IMG/VR virus record: IMGVR_UViG_3300035696_000032
DNA from: an uncultured virus (IMG/VR IMGVR_UViG_3300035696_000032)
Lineage: Duplodnaviria > Heunggongvirae > Uroviricota > Caudoviricetes
DNA length: 64,000 nucleotides
Reading direction: 5' to 3' (one strand)
In this document: one piece after another, positions 27,121 through 37,188 of the stretch
Position numbering within the stretch: the first letter of the stretch is position 1
Layout: each line of letters starts with the position of its first letter
Notes under the pieces: model-generated
What the model was told of the DNA's origin: nothing
What the model saw: only the letters and a program-made list of their open reading frames with translations
Databases searched by the model: none
Made by a program: the position numbers and the translations under genes

Positions 27121-27873
27121 TCAGTGCGCGAAGCTCAGCATGTGCTTCCGCAGGTACCGCCGCACCGCGCGGACGAACGTGTCGTCGAACTGACCGCGCT
27201 TGTTGGGGTCCTGGAGGATGTCGCCGTAGAAGTCCGTCCGGTAGCCGGTGTCCTCCATCGCCTGCATGATGAGCGAGTATGGGAACATATCCCGGTCGAT
27301 GGCCTCCTTCAGGTCGCCGGTCCACCGCGTCTCGTCCGTGCCAGGGTCCCAGGAGACGTCGATGAGCTTTCGCCGCAGCAGCTTCAGGTAGTGCTCGATG
27401 GACTCGGAGATGGCAGTGTCCTCGGGCTTTTCACCGCCAGGGCGCGCGTTGAGGACCTTACCGGCGTAGTCGAGCGCGAGCCCCTCGTCGAACGGGAACC
27501 TCTGCCCATCCGTCGCGGTGTAGAGCCAGGGGCCGCCGACCCCCCGACCGGTCGTGCTGATGCTGCCGCCGATGTGGGCGAGGCGGAGCCCCAGCTCGAT
27601 GCGGTCGCGGGTCGTCATCGTGTGCCAGCCCCCGGTCCGCAGTACGAGTTTGTCGGGATAGTAGTGGACCACGTCCGTCTGGTGAAGGATGAGGCTGACG
27701 CTGCCATCCCCTTCCTGGACGAGGTAGGTGTTCCGGTCGACCTTCTTCCGACCCTTGCGACCGTGCAGTAGGAGTGTCTCCACCTGCTGCGGAAGGGGAT
27801 TGGACTTCGGGAGGACCCACGCCAGGTACGCCGAGCCGTCGCGGCGGCGCACGCGGACGAGGTTCTGCCACAC
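27121..27873 (-). CDS. Leader-tagged protein 8
   Basis: MWQNLVRVRRRDGSAYLAWVLPKSNP, then a domain with LRTGGWHTMTTRDRI. Confidence 0.8.
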   Translation of the reverse strand: MWQNLVRVRRRDGSAYLAWVLPKSNPLPQQVETLLLHGRKGRKKVDRNTYLVQEGDGSVSLILHQTDVVHYYPDKLVLRTGGWHTMTTRDRIELGLRLAHIGGSISTTGRGVGGPWLYTATDGQRFPFDEGLALDYAGKVLNARPGGEKPEDTAISESIEHYLKLLRRKLIDVSWDPGTDETRWTGDLKEAIDRDMFPYSLIMQAMEDTGYRTDFYGDILQDPNKRGQFDDTFVRAVRRYLRKHMLSFAH

Positions 27874-27890
27874 GGCTTAGCCCGTGCCGG

Positions 27891-28793
27891 TCATCCGGGA
27901 GTTGCGATATAAGACGTGGCTCGGGGCGAACCGGTCCAAACAACGCGGTCAAAGTTCGTGGCGTATATCTGCATGAGGACGTCCGTGTCCAGCGCCAGCC
28001 CGTTCAGTCGAAGGCCATCGAACCGGTAGTGCTCGCGCTCCATCATCCGCCGGTAGGTCCCCGACACCCACGCGAGCCACGCCGCGGTCTTGTACTCCGC
28101 CATCGTCACGACCATGTCGGTGCCGAAGAGGATGCGGTCGGCGTACTTCGTGAGCACCTCGCGGAAGGCTCGCGGCCTCTTCGAGATGCGGCGGAGCCCA
28201 TCGCGCAGGAAGTCAATCTGCCCCAGGCTCACGTCGGTGTAGAGCCCTGGGTTGTTGTCCATGAACTCCTGGAAGCGGACGAGGTTGGAGGTCGAGAGGC
28301 AGAAGTGCGGACAGATGACCTTCATCCTGGGGAAGGCCGACAGGACCCGGCGGAACTCCTCGCCGTACTTCCCGCAGTTGACGTGAAAGAGGACCGGGAT
28401 TCCCTCCTTCTCGCAGAGGTCGTAGACGCCGAGCATCGACGGGCAATCGAGGGGCGTCTCGCCGTGAAAGTTCGAGTGGCCGCCGTACAGCTTGAGGCCA
28501 CTGGCGCCCTTCCTGAGGTAGCCGCGCAATCGCTCGACGTTGTCCGTGTCGGCCGGGTCCAGGGTCGGGAAGGCGAGGAACCGCAGCGGCCACCGCCTCG
28601 CAATCTCCAGGACTACCTCGTTGTAGTGGGTCTCGCGCTCGAACCCCGACCGGTCGAGCATGATGGTCGCCTCGGGGCTGCCGACGGCGACGCTCGCGTT
28701 GACCCCGACCGCCTCCATCGCCTCCAGGTACTTCGGCACGCAGGCGACCGATTGGAAGTGTTCGTGGACGTTGACGATGCCCTGCGGTCTCAT
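27891..28793 (-). CDS. Amidohydrolase-family (TIM-barrel) metallohydrolase
   Basis: VNVHEH, GLKLY, VLFH, ICPHF, ILFGTD. Confidence 0.88.
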   Translation of the reverse strand: MRPQGIVNVHEHFQSVACVPKYLEAMEAVGVNASVAVGSPEATIMLDRSGFERETHYNEVVLEIARRWPLRFLAFPTLDPADTDNVERLRGYLRKGASGLKLYGGHSNFHGETPLDCPSMLGVYDLCEKEGIPVLFHVNCGKYGEEFRRVLSAFPRMKVICPHFCLSTSNLVRFQEFMDNNPGLYTDVSLGQIDFLRDGLRRISKRPRAFREVLTKYADRILFGTDMVVTMAEYKTAAWLAWVSGTYRRMMEREHYRFDGLRLNGLALDTDVLMQIYATNFDRVVWTGSPRATSYIATPG

Positions 28794-28829
28794 CGGAACC
28801 GCTAAATCCCAGGTACTTCATGGATTTAC

Positions 28830-28926
28830 GATGTCCGCTCGTTCGGTCGAGTCGCCCGGCGTACGGCCGGTGGTACCCCGCTACCCCGGCGGGGAGATGG
28901 AAGGCCCCCTCGAACGGGTGGACATC
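28830..28926 (+). ncRNA. Putative structured RNA upstream of a tRNA cluster
   Basis: 16-bp closing stem with two G-U pairs enclosing two hairpins. Confidence 0.45.
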
Positions 28927-28967
28927 CCAATTCTCGGTGACCCCGGGCCCTTTACCAAACCGTAGAC

Positions 28968-29040
28968 GCTCCCTGAGTCTGTTGGTAGAGGATGCACCGC
29001 CTTCGACGGTGCGGGCCGAGTTCGATTCTCGGAGGGAGCA
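28968..29040 (+). tRNA. trnE: tRNA-Glu(TTC), C33
   Basis: CACCG-CCTTCGA-CGGTG. Confidence 0.85.
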
Positions 29041-29046
29041 CTTCAT

Positions 29047-29118
29047 GGGTCCGTGGCGTAGTGGTCGCGCAGCCGGCCTTTAACCGGTCAGATGCGGGTT
29101 CGATTCCTGCCGGGCCCA
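29047..29118 (+). tRNA. trnK: tRNA-Lys(TTT), C33
   Basis: GCCGG-CCTTTAA-CCGGT. Confidence 0.88.
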
Positions 29119-29121
29119 TAT

Positions 29122-29192
29122 GCGGGCCTGGTTCAGTAGGAGAACGCTCCGCTGAAGACGGAGGGAGGCCGGTGCAATTCCGGCGGCCCGCA
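29122..29192 (+). tRNA. trnF: tRNA-Phe(GAA), atypical T loop
   Basis: CTCCG-CTGAAGA-CGGAG; T loop TGCAATT. Confidence 0.85.
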
Positions 29193-29194
29193 CC

Positions 29195-29371
29195 TCATCC
29201 TGTCGGCGCGCCCCATCCTGGAGCGTCGATGAGAACGCCGCAACGGGAACACCACCGCAGCGTCCCGTTGACCTCGCCGTTCTCGTCCGCGATTGGGACC
29301 CCGAGGACGGGCGGCACATGGCCGAGGAGGGCGCAAGCCAGCGACCGCAGTAGCCCGGGTCTCTTGCTCAT
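29195..29371 (-). CDS. Small Zn-binding protein (58 aa; not in ORF track)
   Basis: LACALLGH...WCSRCG. Confidence 0.6.
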   Translation of the reverse strand: MSKRPGLLRSLACALLGHVPPVLGVPIADENGEVNGTLRWCSRCGVLIDAPGWGAPTG

Positions 29372-29380
29372 GCGTTTCCT

Positions 29381-30847
29381 TCAGACCCCGTACCAGGACC
29401 AGGTCCCCGGGACAGCGGTTGCCCAGTAGATAGAGCAACCGGTGTCGAGCGTGACCTCGCCCGGGGAACTCCCGATGTCGTGGTCGACGGGCGTCGTGTC
29501 GATGATGTGCATGTCCACGCCGCCGTTCGAGTAGATGCGGACGGGGAACGGATTGTTGTTCGGGGCCGCGTTCGCCGACCCGGTTCCTGCTGGCAGGGAC
29601 GGCGTCGTGATGCCCCAACCCTGCGGATTGAATCCCTGGTTCCAAACGACGTACGCCGCGTACGCATAGTTGTTGATGGGCGCGGTGAGGTTGTGGTAGA
29701 ACTTGTTGCTGATGATTTGGAGCCCAGCGGACGCGGAGTCGATGGTGACCCCGTAACTCTGGGTCGTCGAACCGCTCGGGTGGGTCGGCAGGCCCTGGTC
29801 ATCGAATAGCTCGTTGCCGATGAGTTCGCACTGGATGGGGATGTTCAAGCCGCCGCCCGACGCGACGTGGATGCCAGCGAATCCTGGGCCAGATTGGCCG
29901 TTGTTGTAGCAGTGGTTCCCGCTGACGATAGCGTAGTCGCACTGGCGCAGGTAGATGCCATCGGTCGCCCCGGTGTTGACGTCGTTCCCGAGGATGCGGT
30001 TGTAGAACGCCGATTGGTCGAGCGAGATGCCGGCCGAGCCCAGGGTCCCCTCGATGAGGTTCCCTTCGATGAGGTTGTCCATCGACTCATAGACGAGGAC
30101 CGCGTGCGGGTACAGGCCGCCGGGCGCGCCATAGCCAGTCGTCAGGAAGGTGTTCTTCGTGACTGTGTTCCCGAACGAACCGCCCGCAATCGAGCCGTCC
30201 AACTCGAACGCGAAGACGCCGACCTGACTCATGTAGTTCCGCTCCAGGTGGCAGTACCGCATGGCTCCGGAGATGGCGGAGTTGCCGCCGTAGAACTGGT
30301 TCGCGGTGAACTCGCCGCTCTGGAGGTAGGCGGGCTGGACGTCGCGTCCGACCGCGATTCCGATGTTGTAGATGTCCTGGAAGGTGCACCGCTTGACCTT
30401 CAGGTTCGTGGTGTTCGCAGTGACGCTGACGCCGTAGTAGCCGACGTTCGCGTAGCTCGGGGTCGGCTGTAGGCCGTTGAAGCCGAGGTCGTAGATTTCG
30501 ACGTTCGGCTGACCGACCTCGAACGCGCTGAACGAGGAGGAGTCCCATGCGACGGTGGCGCCCTTGCCCAAAAACTTGACCGGCTGCGGCGGGACGACCG
30601 GAGCGGTGAACGTGTACGTCCCGGGCGTCAGGTCGACGATGGTGGCTGCGGTCGCCGCCTCCATGACGCCGTTCGTCACGGTGTAGCCATCGTCCCCCGC
30701 CCCGGGTGTGTCGGGCCCGAAGTCACAGCGGTTGTTGTCAAAGCCGGTCTGGTCAAAGCCAACCGCGGAGACCGTAACAACCGGCTTGCCGATGACCGCA
30801 GTCAGGCCGTTCAGCGTGCTTTGTGGGAACTGTGGTCGAAAACTCAT
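29381..30847 (-). CDS. Parallel beta-helix protein (putative spike/adhesin)
   Basis: Asn/Gly ladders (IEGNLI, ILGNDV, VSGNHC); paralogue of 30844-32463. Confidence 0.85.
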   Translation of the reverse strand: MSFRPQFPQSTLNGLTAVIGKPVVTVSAVGFDQTGFDNNRCDFGPDTPGAGDDGYTVTNGVMEAATAATIVDLTPGTYTFTAPVVPPQPVKFLGKGATVAWDSSSFSAFEVGQPNVEIYDLGFNGLQPTPSYANVGYYGVSVTANTTNLKVKRCTFQDIYNIGIAVGRDVQPAYLQSGEFTANQFYGGNSAISGAMRYCHLERNYMSQVGVFAFELDGSIAGGSFGNTVTKNTFLTTGYGAPGGLYPHAVLVYESMDNLIEGNLIEGTLGSAGISLDQSAFYNRILGNDVNTGATDGIYLRQCDYAIVSGNHCYNNGQSGPGFAGIHVASGGGLNIPIQCELIGNELFDDQGLPTHPSGSTTQSYGVTIDSASAGLQIISNKFYHNLTAPINNYAYAAYVVWNQGFNPQGWGITTPSLPAGTGSANAAPNNNPFPVRIYSNGGVDMHIIDTTPVDHDIGSSPGEVTLDTGCSIYWATAVPGTWSWYGV

Positions 30848-32463
30848 AGACCCTCCCACGCCCAGGTTGGAGAACCGGCGTACGTGAGCGCGATTCCGTA
30901 GGCGACCTCAAGTTCCCACCATGCCCCGATGTACCATGTATTCGTGTACGTCCGCGAGCCGCCGTACGGGTCGGTGATTTGGACCGCGCTGACCCCGCCG
31001 CCCAGACCGGTCAGCGAGACGCGGGTCTTGAACCCAAAGGAGTTGAACTGCGTCGACGCGGAGGCCGGGACCGCGGGCTGGGGAGCCGAGAATCCCTGTG
31101 GGTTCCAACCGCCGACCTGCGAGGAGAAGGAGTGAAGGCCGGTCAGCGCAACGGCCTTGGCGGCGGTGTAGTTCTGCATCTTGCCGCCGATAACCTGATT
31201 GTAGTCGCCGCCGACGGCCTCCTTGACCGCGTACCAGGTCTTGCCGGTGCTGTCGGTCTCGATGCAGTCCCGCATCGTGTTGTTCTGGCTCGACGCGCCG
31301 AAGACGTAGGCGTTGTACGAGTTCGCCGCCGCGTAGCCGCAGTTGTAGGCGACGCAGTTGGTGAGGACCGCGGTCGCGGCGTCCATGATGAAGCCGTGGT
31401 TCGCGGTGGTGTCCGCGATGCAGTCGACCAGGTGCGCGGTGTTCCCGCCCTCGATTTGGAAGCCGTTCCCACCGGTGTTGTAGGCGTGGACGTCCCTGGC
31501 GTGGACGTCCGTCCCAGTGTGGTACCATCCATGCAGCATCGGACTGCCGATGTTGACCTCGTTGAAGTCGGAGTCCCCGGTGTTGTCCACGATTCCGCTG
31601 CCGCCGACGTTCTCGATGTCGAGGTGGTCCAGGAGGAGTTCCTCGGTGTTCGACGCGCCCTCGGGATTGTTGGCCCAGACGCCGTCACCGTAAGCGTTCA
31701 GAATCTTCAGTTCCTGGAGATGCGTCCGCCAGCAGTTCCCGACCCCCGCTCCGGTCCCACCGACGTTGATGGCTGCGGTTCCACCGCTCTGATGCGTACG
31801 GGTCCCGTCGAGCGTGAGGCTGCTGACGAGCGTCTCCTCCACCGTGACCGGGATGTCAATCATGTCGCAGTTCGCACCGTCCGCCAGGCCGATGTAGGTG
31901 TAGTCAAGCCCGGAGCCCACGACCTTCTGGCCCGATGTGGTGGGGACGATTGGGTCCGAGATGGTGAAGTCGCCGGGCAGGATGAGGACCGAGTAACCGC
32001 TCGCCAGGGCCGAGTTGATTCCGTTCGTGGTGTCGCCGCTGTCGGGCCCGTACTGCGCGTAGTTGTTCTTGGGATAGCCCTGCGCGGTTCCGACCGCGGA
32101 GACGGTGTAGAACGGCGGGGCCTGAACCGTGTTCCAGGGCGGCGATGTCGCCGCCGCGCCCAACTGCGATGGCGTGAGGAAGTAGTTCCCGGTCGACGGC
32201 ACGATGAGCTTGGTCGCGCCGTTCATCAGGAGGCAGATGCCGGTGCCGTGGGCGTTCAGGTAGGCATCCGCTTCGGCCTGACCGTACGTCACGCTGTAGC
32301 CGTCAGGCCCCGGTCCGGGGCTGTCGGGCCCGAAATCGCACCGCGCGTTGTCGAATCCGGTCTGCTCGTAACCGGTCAGCGACGCGGTGACAAATGGTTT
32401 GCCGATGACGGCGGTCTGACCGGTAAGCGCGCTCTGCGGCGGAAGGGGCCGGAAGCCGCTCAT
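30844..32463 (-). CDS. Parallel beta-helix (pectate lyase-like) protein, paralogue
   Basis: Shared N-terminus GKPxVT...GFDNxRCDFGPDxPG and C-terminus NPQG...TWxWxG. Confidence 0.85.
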   Translation of the reverse strand: MSGFRPLPPQSALTGQTAVIGKPFVTASLTGYEQTGFDNARCDFGPDSPGPGPDGYSVTYGQAEADAYLNAHGTGICLLMNGATKLIVPSTGNYFLTPSQLGAAATSPPWNTVQAPPFYTVSAVGTAQGYPKNNYAQYGPDSGDTTNGINSALASGYSVLILPGDFTISDPIVPTTSGQKVVGSGLDYTYIGLADGANCDMIDIPVTVEETLVSSLTLDGTRTHQSGGTAAINVGGTGAGVGNCWRTHLQELKILNAYGDGVWANNPEGASNTEELLLDHLDIENVGGSGIVDNTGDSDFNEVNIGSPMLHGWYHTGTDVHARDVHAYNTGGNGFQIEGGNTAHLVDCIADTTANHGFIMDAATAVLTNCVAYNCGYAAANSYNAYVFGASSQNNTMRDCIETDSTGKTWYAVKEAVGGDYNQVIGGKMQNYTAAKAVALTGLHSFSSQVGGWNPQGFSAPQPAVPASASTQFNSFGFKTRVSLTGLGGGVSAVQITDPYGGSRTYTNTWYIGAWWELEVAYGIALTYAGSPTWAWEGL

Positions 32464-32472
32464 CGACCGGCT

Positions 32473-32499
32473 CACCCGGCCCTCGGTATTTGAGACCTG
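32473..32499 (-). promoter_or_regulatory. Class L promoter motif
   Basis: AGGTCTCAAATA-N7-CCGGGTG on the minus strand. Confidence 0.7.
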
Positions 32500-32518
32500 A
32501 TACGGCGGCCCGAACCAG

Positions 32519-35500
32519 TCAGACCCCGAACTGGGGCGGGCGGACGACCACGCGGTAGTAGGAGACCCCGTTAATCTCGACCACGTCGGGAACCTCGTAG
32601 GGCCGATGGAGGCTTATCGAGTCGATTTTCAGGCACAGGGTCTTGAACTTCCCCGGGGCCTCGTACTCGGCCTGAACGGCGAACGTCGGCATCTGCGAAC
32701 CCCCCGGTCGCCTACCGGGACGCTTCCTCCGCCGCGCGCGCTTCCTGAATCAGCCGCTCCTTGTCCGCGGTCCCAGCGACCGCGAGGTCCTCGATGATGC
32801 CGTTCTTCTCGGCGTGGCGAATCGTCAGCGGGTCGCCGCGACCGCCCTTTCCGGTGACGGGCCATCCCTTCTCTTCCGCGTAGGCTTTGAGTACGTTGAA
32901 GACCGGGCTAGCGGACTTGCTGGGCCCGCCTTTGGCGACGAACCACTCCTGAAACTCCTTCATGGTCGTGGCCGGGCGGTTGGTGATGAACTGCAACCAC
33001 TCGCGCCGGAGCGAGAGCGTCTTGTCGCCGGCCGACTTCTTCCAGGTGACCGGTCCGAACTTGCGCTCCGCCTCTTCCTTCGTCATGTTCTGGCGCTTGG
33101 CGGGCGGCGCGGCGCCGCTCACTGGGACCACCGCTCGCTCGGGCGTCGGCGTGAAACTCTGGTGCAGCGCCTTTGCCTCGACCGTCAGTTCCTTCGAGAG
33201 GTCGCTGAGCTTGTCGTGCGCGCGATGGAGTTTGGCGAGCGCGTTCTGCCGGTTCGTCTCGTACTCGGTCTTCAACCTCACGAGCGTGCGCTCGGCCTCG
33301 TCCTGTTCGCGCTTGGCGTAGTCTATCTGCTGCGCCAGGGCGAGGACGCGGGACTTCGGCGCGGTCTCGTTCTGCTTCTCTTGCTCGCTCACTTTCCTCC
33401 TCCGTTTCCATTCTCCTCTTCGACCAGCATCTCCTTCTTCTTGCGCGCTCGGGACTTATGCCAGGGAATCGCCATCTGAACGCACATCCCGCACATGATG
33501 GTCCCGGGCGCGGCCGGCTTCCCGCAGGTTTTGCAGACCGCTTCGGTGTGGCGTTGTTTCTTGGGAGCGCCCCGGGACCGGGCCTTCTCGTGGCCCTTGC
33601 GCTTGGTAACGGCCCGGGGCCGGGGTGGAGAGGCCGCCGCCGGAGAGACAGCGACGACCTGAGGTTCCCGGCTCCGGGTCTGGGCATCGTGATGGGTCAT
33701 GGTCACTCGACCTCCGCGGTCGAGTCCTGGGTGGGCGCGAGCCCTTCGTTCGCGGCAGCCGGGTCGGACGGGACCGGGGCGACCGGGGGTAGGGGCGGTG
33801 CGTCGATGGGGACGTGATTCGTCAGGTCCGGCTTCGGCTCCCCGGGCCGCCAGGACACTCGCGCGTCCGGTGCGCCGTCAGGGATGATGACGACCTTGAC
33901 ACCGCGAGCCTCCTCCTTGGCGATGCGCTCGGCGGTCGCCTCGGACTCGAACAGGATGATTTCGATGGCCTGCGGGACGAACGCCTGGAAGATGCCGGGC
34001 GCCCGGTAGACCTCGCCGTCTTCGAACAGCCAGTGCATGGCCCACGAGAGCGGTTCCTGACAGGCGTCGGGGTGACCCATGAAGACCCACGTCTTCCCGA
34101 CCACGAGCCCGTCCGGGATGTCGGGGATGCGCTTCGAGATTCCGAGCTTCGCAGCCTCGGCCGCGAACTCGTCCGGCGAGTAGAACTTGCGGCCGACCCA
34201 CATGAGCAGTCGCGGCTCGCCAGAGCCGGAGCAGACCGGGTCGGTCTTCTTGTCCGGGCAGCGCGGTCCGCGGTGCCGGTTGCTGGACTTGCCGTCCACC
34301 GTCCCGACCGCTCCGCGGTGGTCGCCGAGCCAGTTGCCCGGCACCCAGGTGAAACTGCGGAACTGCTTCGGCTCGAACCCGCAGCACTCACATGGAGCGA
34401 TGGGGACCGGCAGCCGGTCGCAGGAAACGCCCGGGCCCAGGGTGATGAGGTACATGCCGTGGGGCTTGCGGTATCCGCAGCCCCGCTCGACCTCGAACGT
34501 CATCTACGCCGCCCCCTGCGGGACCTCGGGCTGGGCGGCCTTCTTCGGCTTGTCCGTTATGCAGATGATTCCGCAAAGGACCAGCACGGCGCCGACGAGC
34601 ATACCGACCGTAGATGGGTCCGCGACCGTTTGGCAGGCCCACTGCGCTCCCGTGAAGATGCAGGACTGGCTCGTGGCGGTCGCGCTTGCGACGAAGTCGA
34701 TGACGCCGATGGCGCCCAACGCGATTCCGACGTACTGAACCCACGTCATCCGTACACCACCTTCCCCATCACCGCACACTGGAACCAAGCGTCCGCGTCG
34801 TCCGCGTCGTAATCCTCGGCGACGATTCGGCTCGCGCACTGCGTGTACTTGGATGCGTACATGCGGTCGAGCGCGGCGAGGATTCCGTCCTTCGTGATGG
34901 ACCCGAGCGGGCTCCGGTCCTCGATGTCCTGGACCGGGACCGTGGCGCCGTCCCATACCGCCTTGGCGATTCGGATGCTCAAGCAGTCGCCGTTCGGGCG
35001 GTCGACCAGCTTCGGTATCATCGTGATGTCGGGCAGAAAGTACCAGTAGTTCGACCCGCCTTCGAGAGCGGTCACGATTAGGCCCTCGGCCAGGTCGTAG
35101 TCCGGAACCGCGTGCACGAGCGTCATTCATCCACCTCGTACGGGAGTTCCATCTCCCATCGCTCGTCCGGGCCGAGGCGTTCGCCGGGGTCGCAGCCAAG
35201 CTCCTCCGGGGTGAGAGAGCAGATGGTCGTATCGCGGGTCTTGAGCGAGGCTCCCCACCATGCGAGCGGGAAGCCTCCCTCTCCGCCGGCGGGGTAGACC
35301 GGGAAGCCCTTCGCGTCCCGGTACTCGGTCGGCTGACCGATTCCGCCGAACGCGCCTCCGGTCTGCGGGTCGAGCCGCGCCAGGTACTCGACGAAGGTCT
35401 CCTGCGCCATCAGAACCCCCGGCACCGGCCCTTGTGGCCGGGTTCGCGGTCGCACGGTCCGTCCTTGGTCGGCTTGTTGCAGTAGACCAGGGGGACGGCC

Positions 35501-37124
35501 CTGGCGAGTTGTGCCTTGGTGGGCTTGACGGCCTTCATCCGTCCCTCCGCTGGACTGCCCGCTTGACGTCCATTTCGAACCGGTCCAGTAGTTCCATCGT
35601 CCGGCTCGTGGGCCACGGCCCGCCGATGATGCTCGCCCCGTTCAGGTACATCGTCTTGTTGTCGTACCGGCTGAGGTTGCAAATCAGCGTCATCGCGTCG
35701 CGCGCCTCTTCCTCGGTGAATCGCTCGCCGCTCGGCAGCCACCGGGTCATGCCCCGGATTCGCGGCTCGGGAATCTCGGTGGCTGCGCGGACCTCGCCGT
35801 CGGTGGCTACCCAGAGGTGGTACTCACGGCCGCTCACTGGCGCCATGCGATGACCTCCGTTCGGCGAACCTTGCGAACCCGGATTCGCCGGGTGTGCTTC
35901 CCGTCCGGGTCCGGGCCTTCCCACTCGTGACCCTTGGTCGCCAGGGCCGAGGCCATTTCGGGCGTCAGGCCCGCGACGGCCTGCCATCGGCCGTTCCGCC
36001 ACCAGCCCCGCTGACCTACCGACTTGCCCGGGACCTGCTGCCCCGGGACGAACACCTCCAGGACGTACGCCGGGCAGACCATCGTCCGGATGTAGTTGTC
36101 GTAGACCGGTCCCGGAAGGTATGCGCCGCCGGTCATCTTACTCCCTCCCGCGGAGCGCGAGGAGCGCCAGGATGACCCCGTCGATTCCGATGGCGTTGTA
36201 GCCCTGGCGGTCGAGGTTCTTCAGGACCCGCTTGGCCGCCGTCACTCGGTCTGCCCATTCCTCAGGCCGGCGCGACATGCCGCCGGGGAAGGAGCCCGCG
36301 AAGACCATCATGCCGAGCTTGGCCGCGTCGTCGGCCGTCGCGGGGAGCGTCTCGTCCTTTGCCATCCGAACCGCCATCTACTCCACCTCCTGGTGCAGAA
36401 GGTCGCACAGGGCTCGGTAGGCTTCCATGAAGTCGCCCCCTTCGTCGGAGGAGTCGTGGACCCGCTGTAGCGCCGCCCCGATTTCGGGGCGGTCGGCCTT
36501 GAGCGCCGCGAGGAACGGCTCCCACTCTTCGGTCTGGTGAAGGAGGTTGCGCCCGCCTTCCCATCCGCCGTCCTGCGTCCGTTCGGCGTTCCGCCAGGCG
36601 TAGCCCATCCCGTAGGCGATGACCTTGATGGCCCCCGCCTCGGTCCGGGTCAGGGGCGGCGTCGCGTCGTAGTCCTTGCGGCGCCGTTCGACCTCGCGGT
36701 CGCTCTCGCTGATTTCCATCCCCGTCTTCTTGCGCGCCATCTACGCCGCCTCCCGCTGGTCCTTCGGGACTCGGAAGAGTCGGCCATAGTCGCCGACTTC
36801 CCACGCTCGGAGGATGTTGGCCTTGAGGGCGGCCTTGTAAAGCTGGCGGGCTCCGTGCAGGATGTCCCGCACGTCGTCCCGCTCGCCTGCCTTGGCCGCG
36901 GCCTGCTCGATTCCCCGCAGTCGGGCGTCGTCTTCCTTGTCAGTCAGTTTCTCGGCAAGCGCCTGGACCCGCCGTGCCTGCTTGCCCAGAGCCCGGAGTT
37001 TGCGGCGGACTTCGCCGAGGTCGAAGTGCATCTCGTCGGCGTCTTCCTCAAGTTCAGTCGCCATGCCGTTCAGAGTCTCGCCGGCCGTTTCGGCCCGCTT
37101 GTTTCTCCCGCGTCGGTTGCTCAT
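32519..37124 (-). other. Operon of small hypothetical ORFs (32519-32692, 32712-33392, 33389-33706, 33703-34503, 34504-34749, 34746-35126, 35123-35410, 35410-35538, 35535-35837, 35834-36136, 36138-36377, 36378-36740, 36741-37124)
   Basis: Abutting or overlapping start-stop junctions downstream of the TATA box at 37172; several CxxC proteins. Confidence 0.7.
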
Positions 37125-37182
37125 GTTTCTCTCCTGCTCGCCCTTTCGGGCAAGAATGATATGCGCCTGAGATATATAAATA
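37125..37182 (-). promoter_or_regulatory. Class E TATA promoter with hairpin/SD leader
   Basis: TATTTATATAT; GCCC-GAAA-GGGC hairpin; AGGAGAG. Confidence 0.75.
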
Positions 37183-37188
37183 AGTATC

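Noticed and set aside
421..27873. Shared leader as a MITE, DNA repeat or DGR target
   Set aside because: Synonymous positions vary freely; no terminal inverted repeats, target duplications or reverse transcriptase seen.
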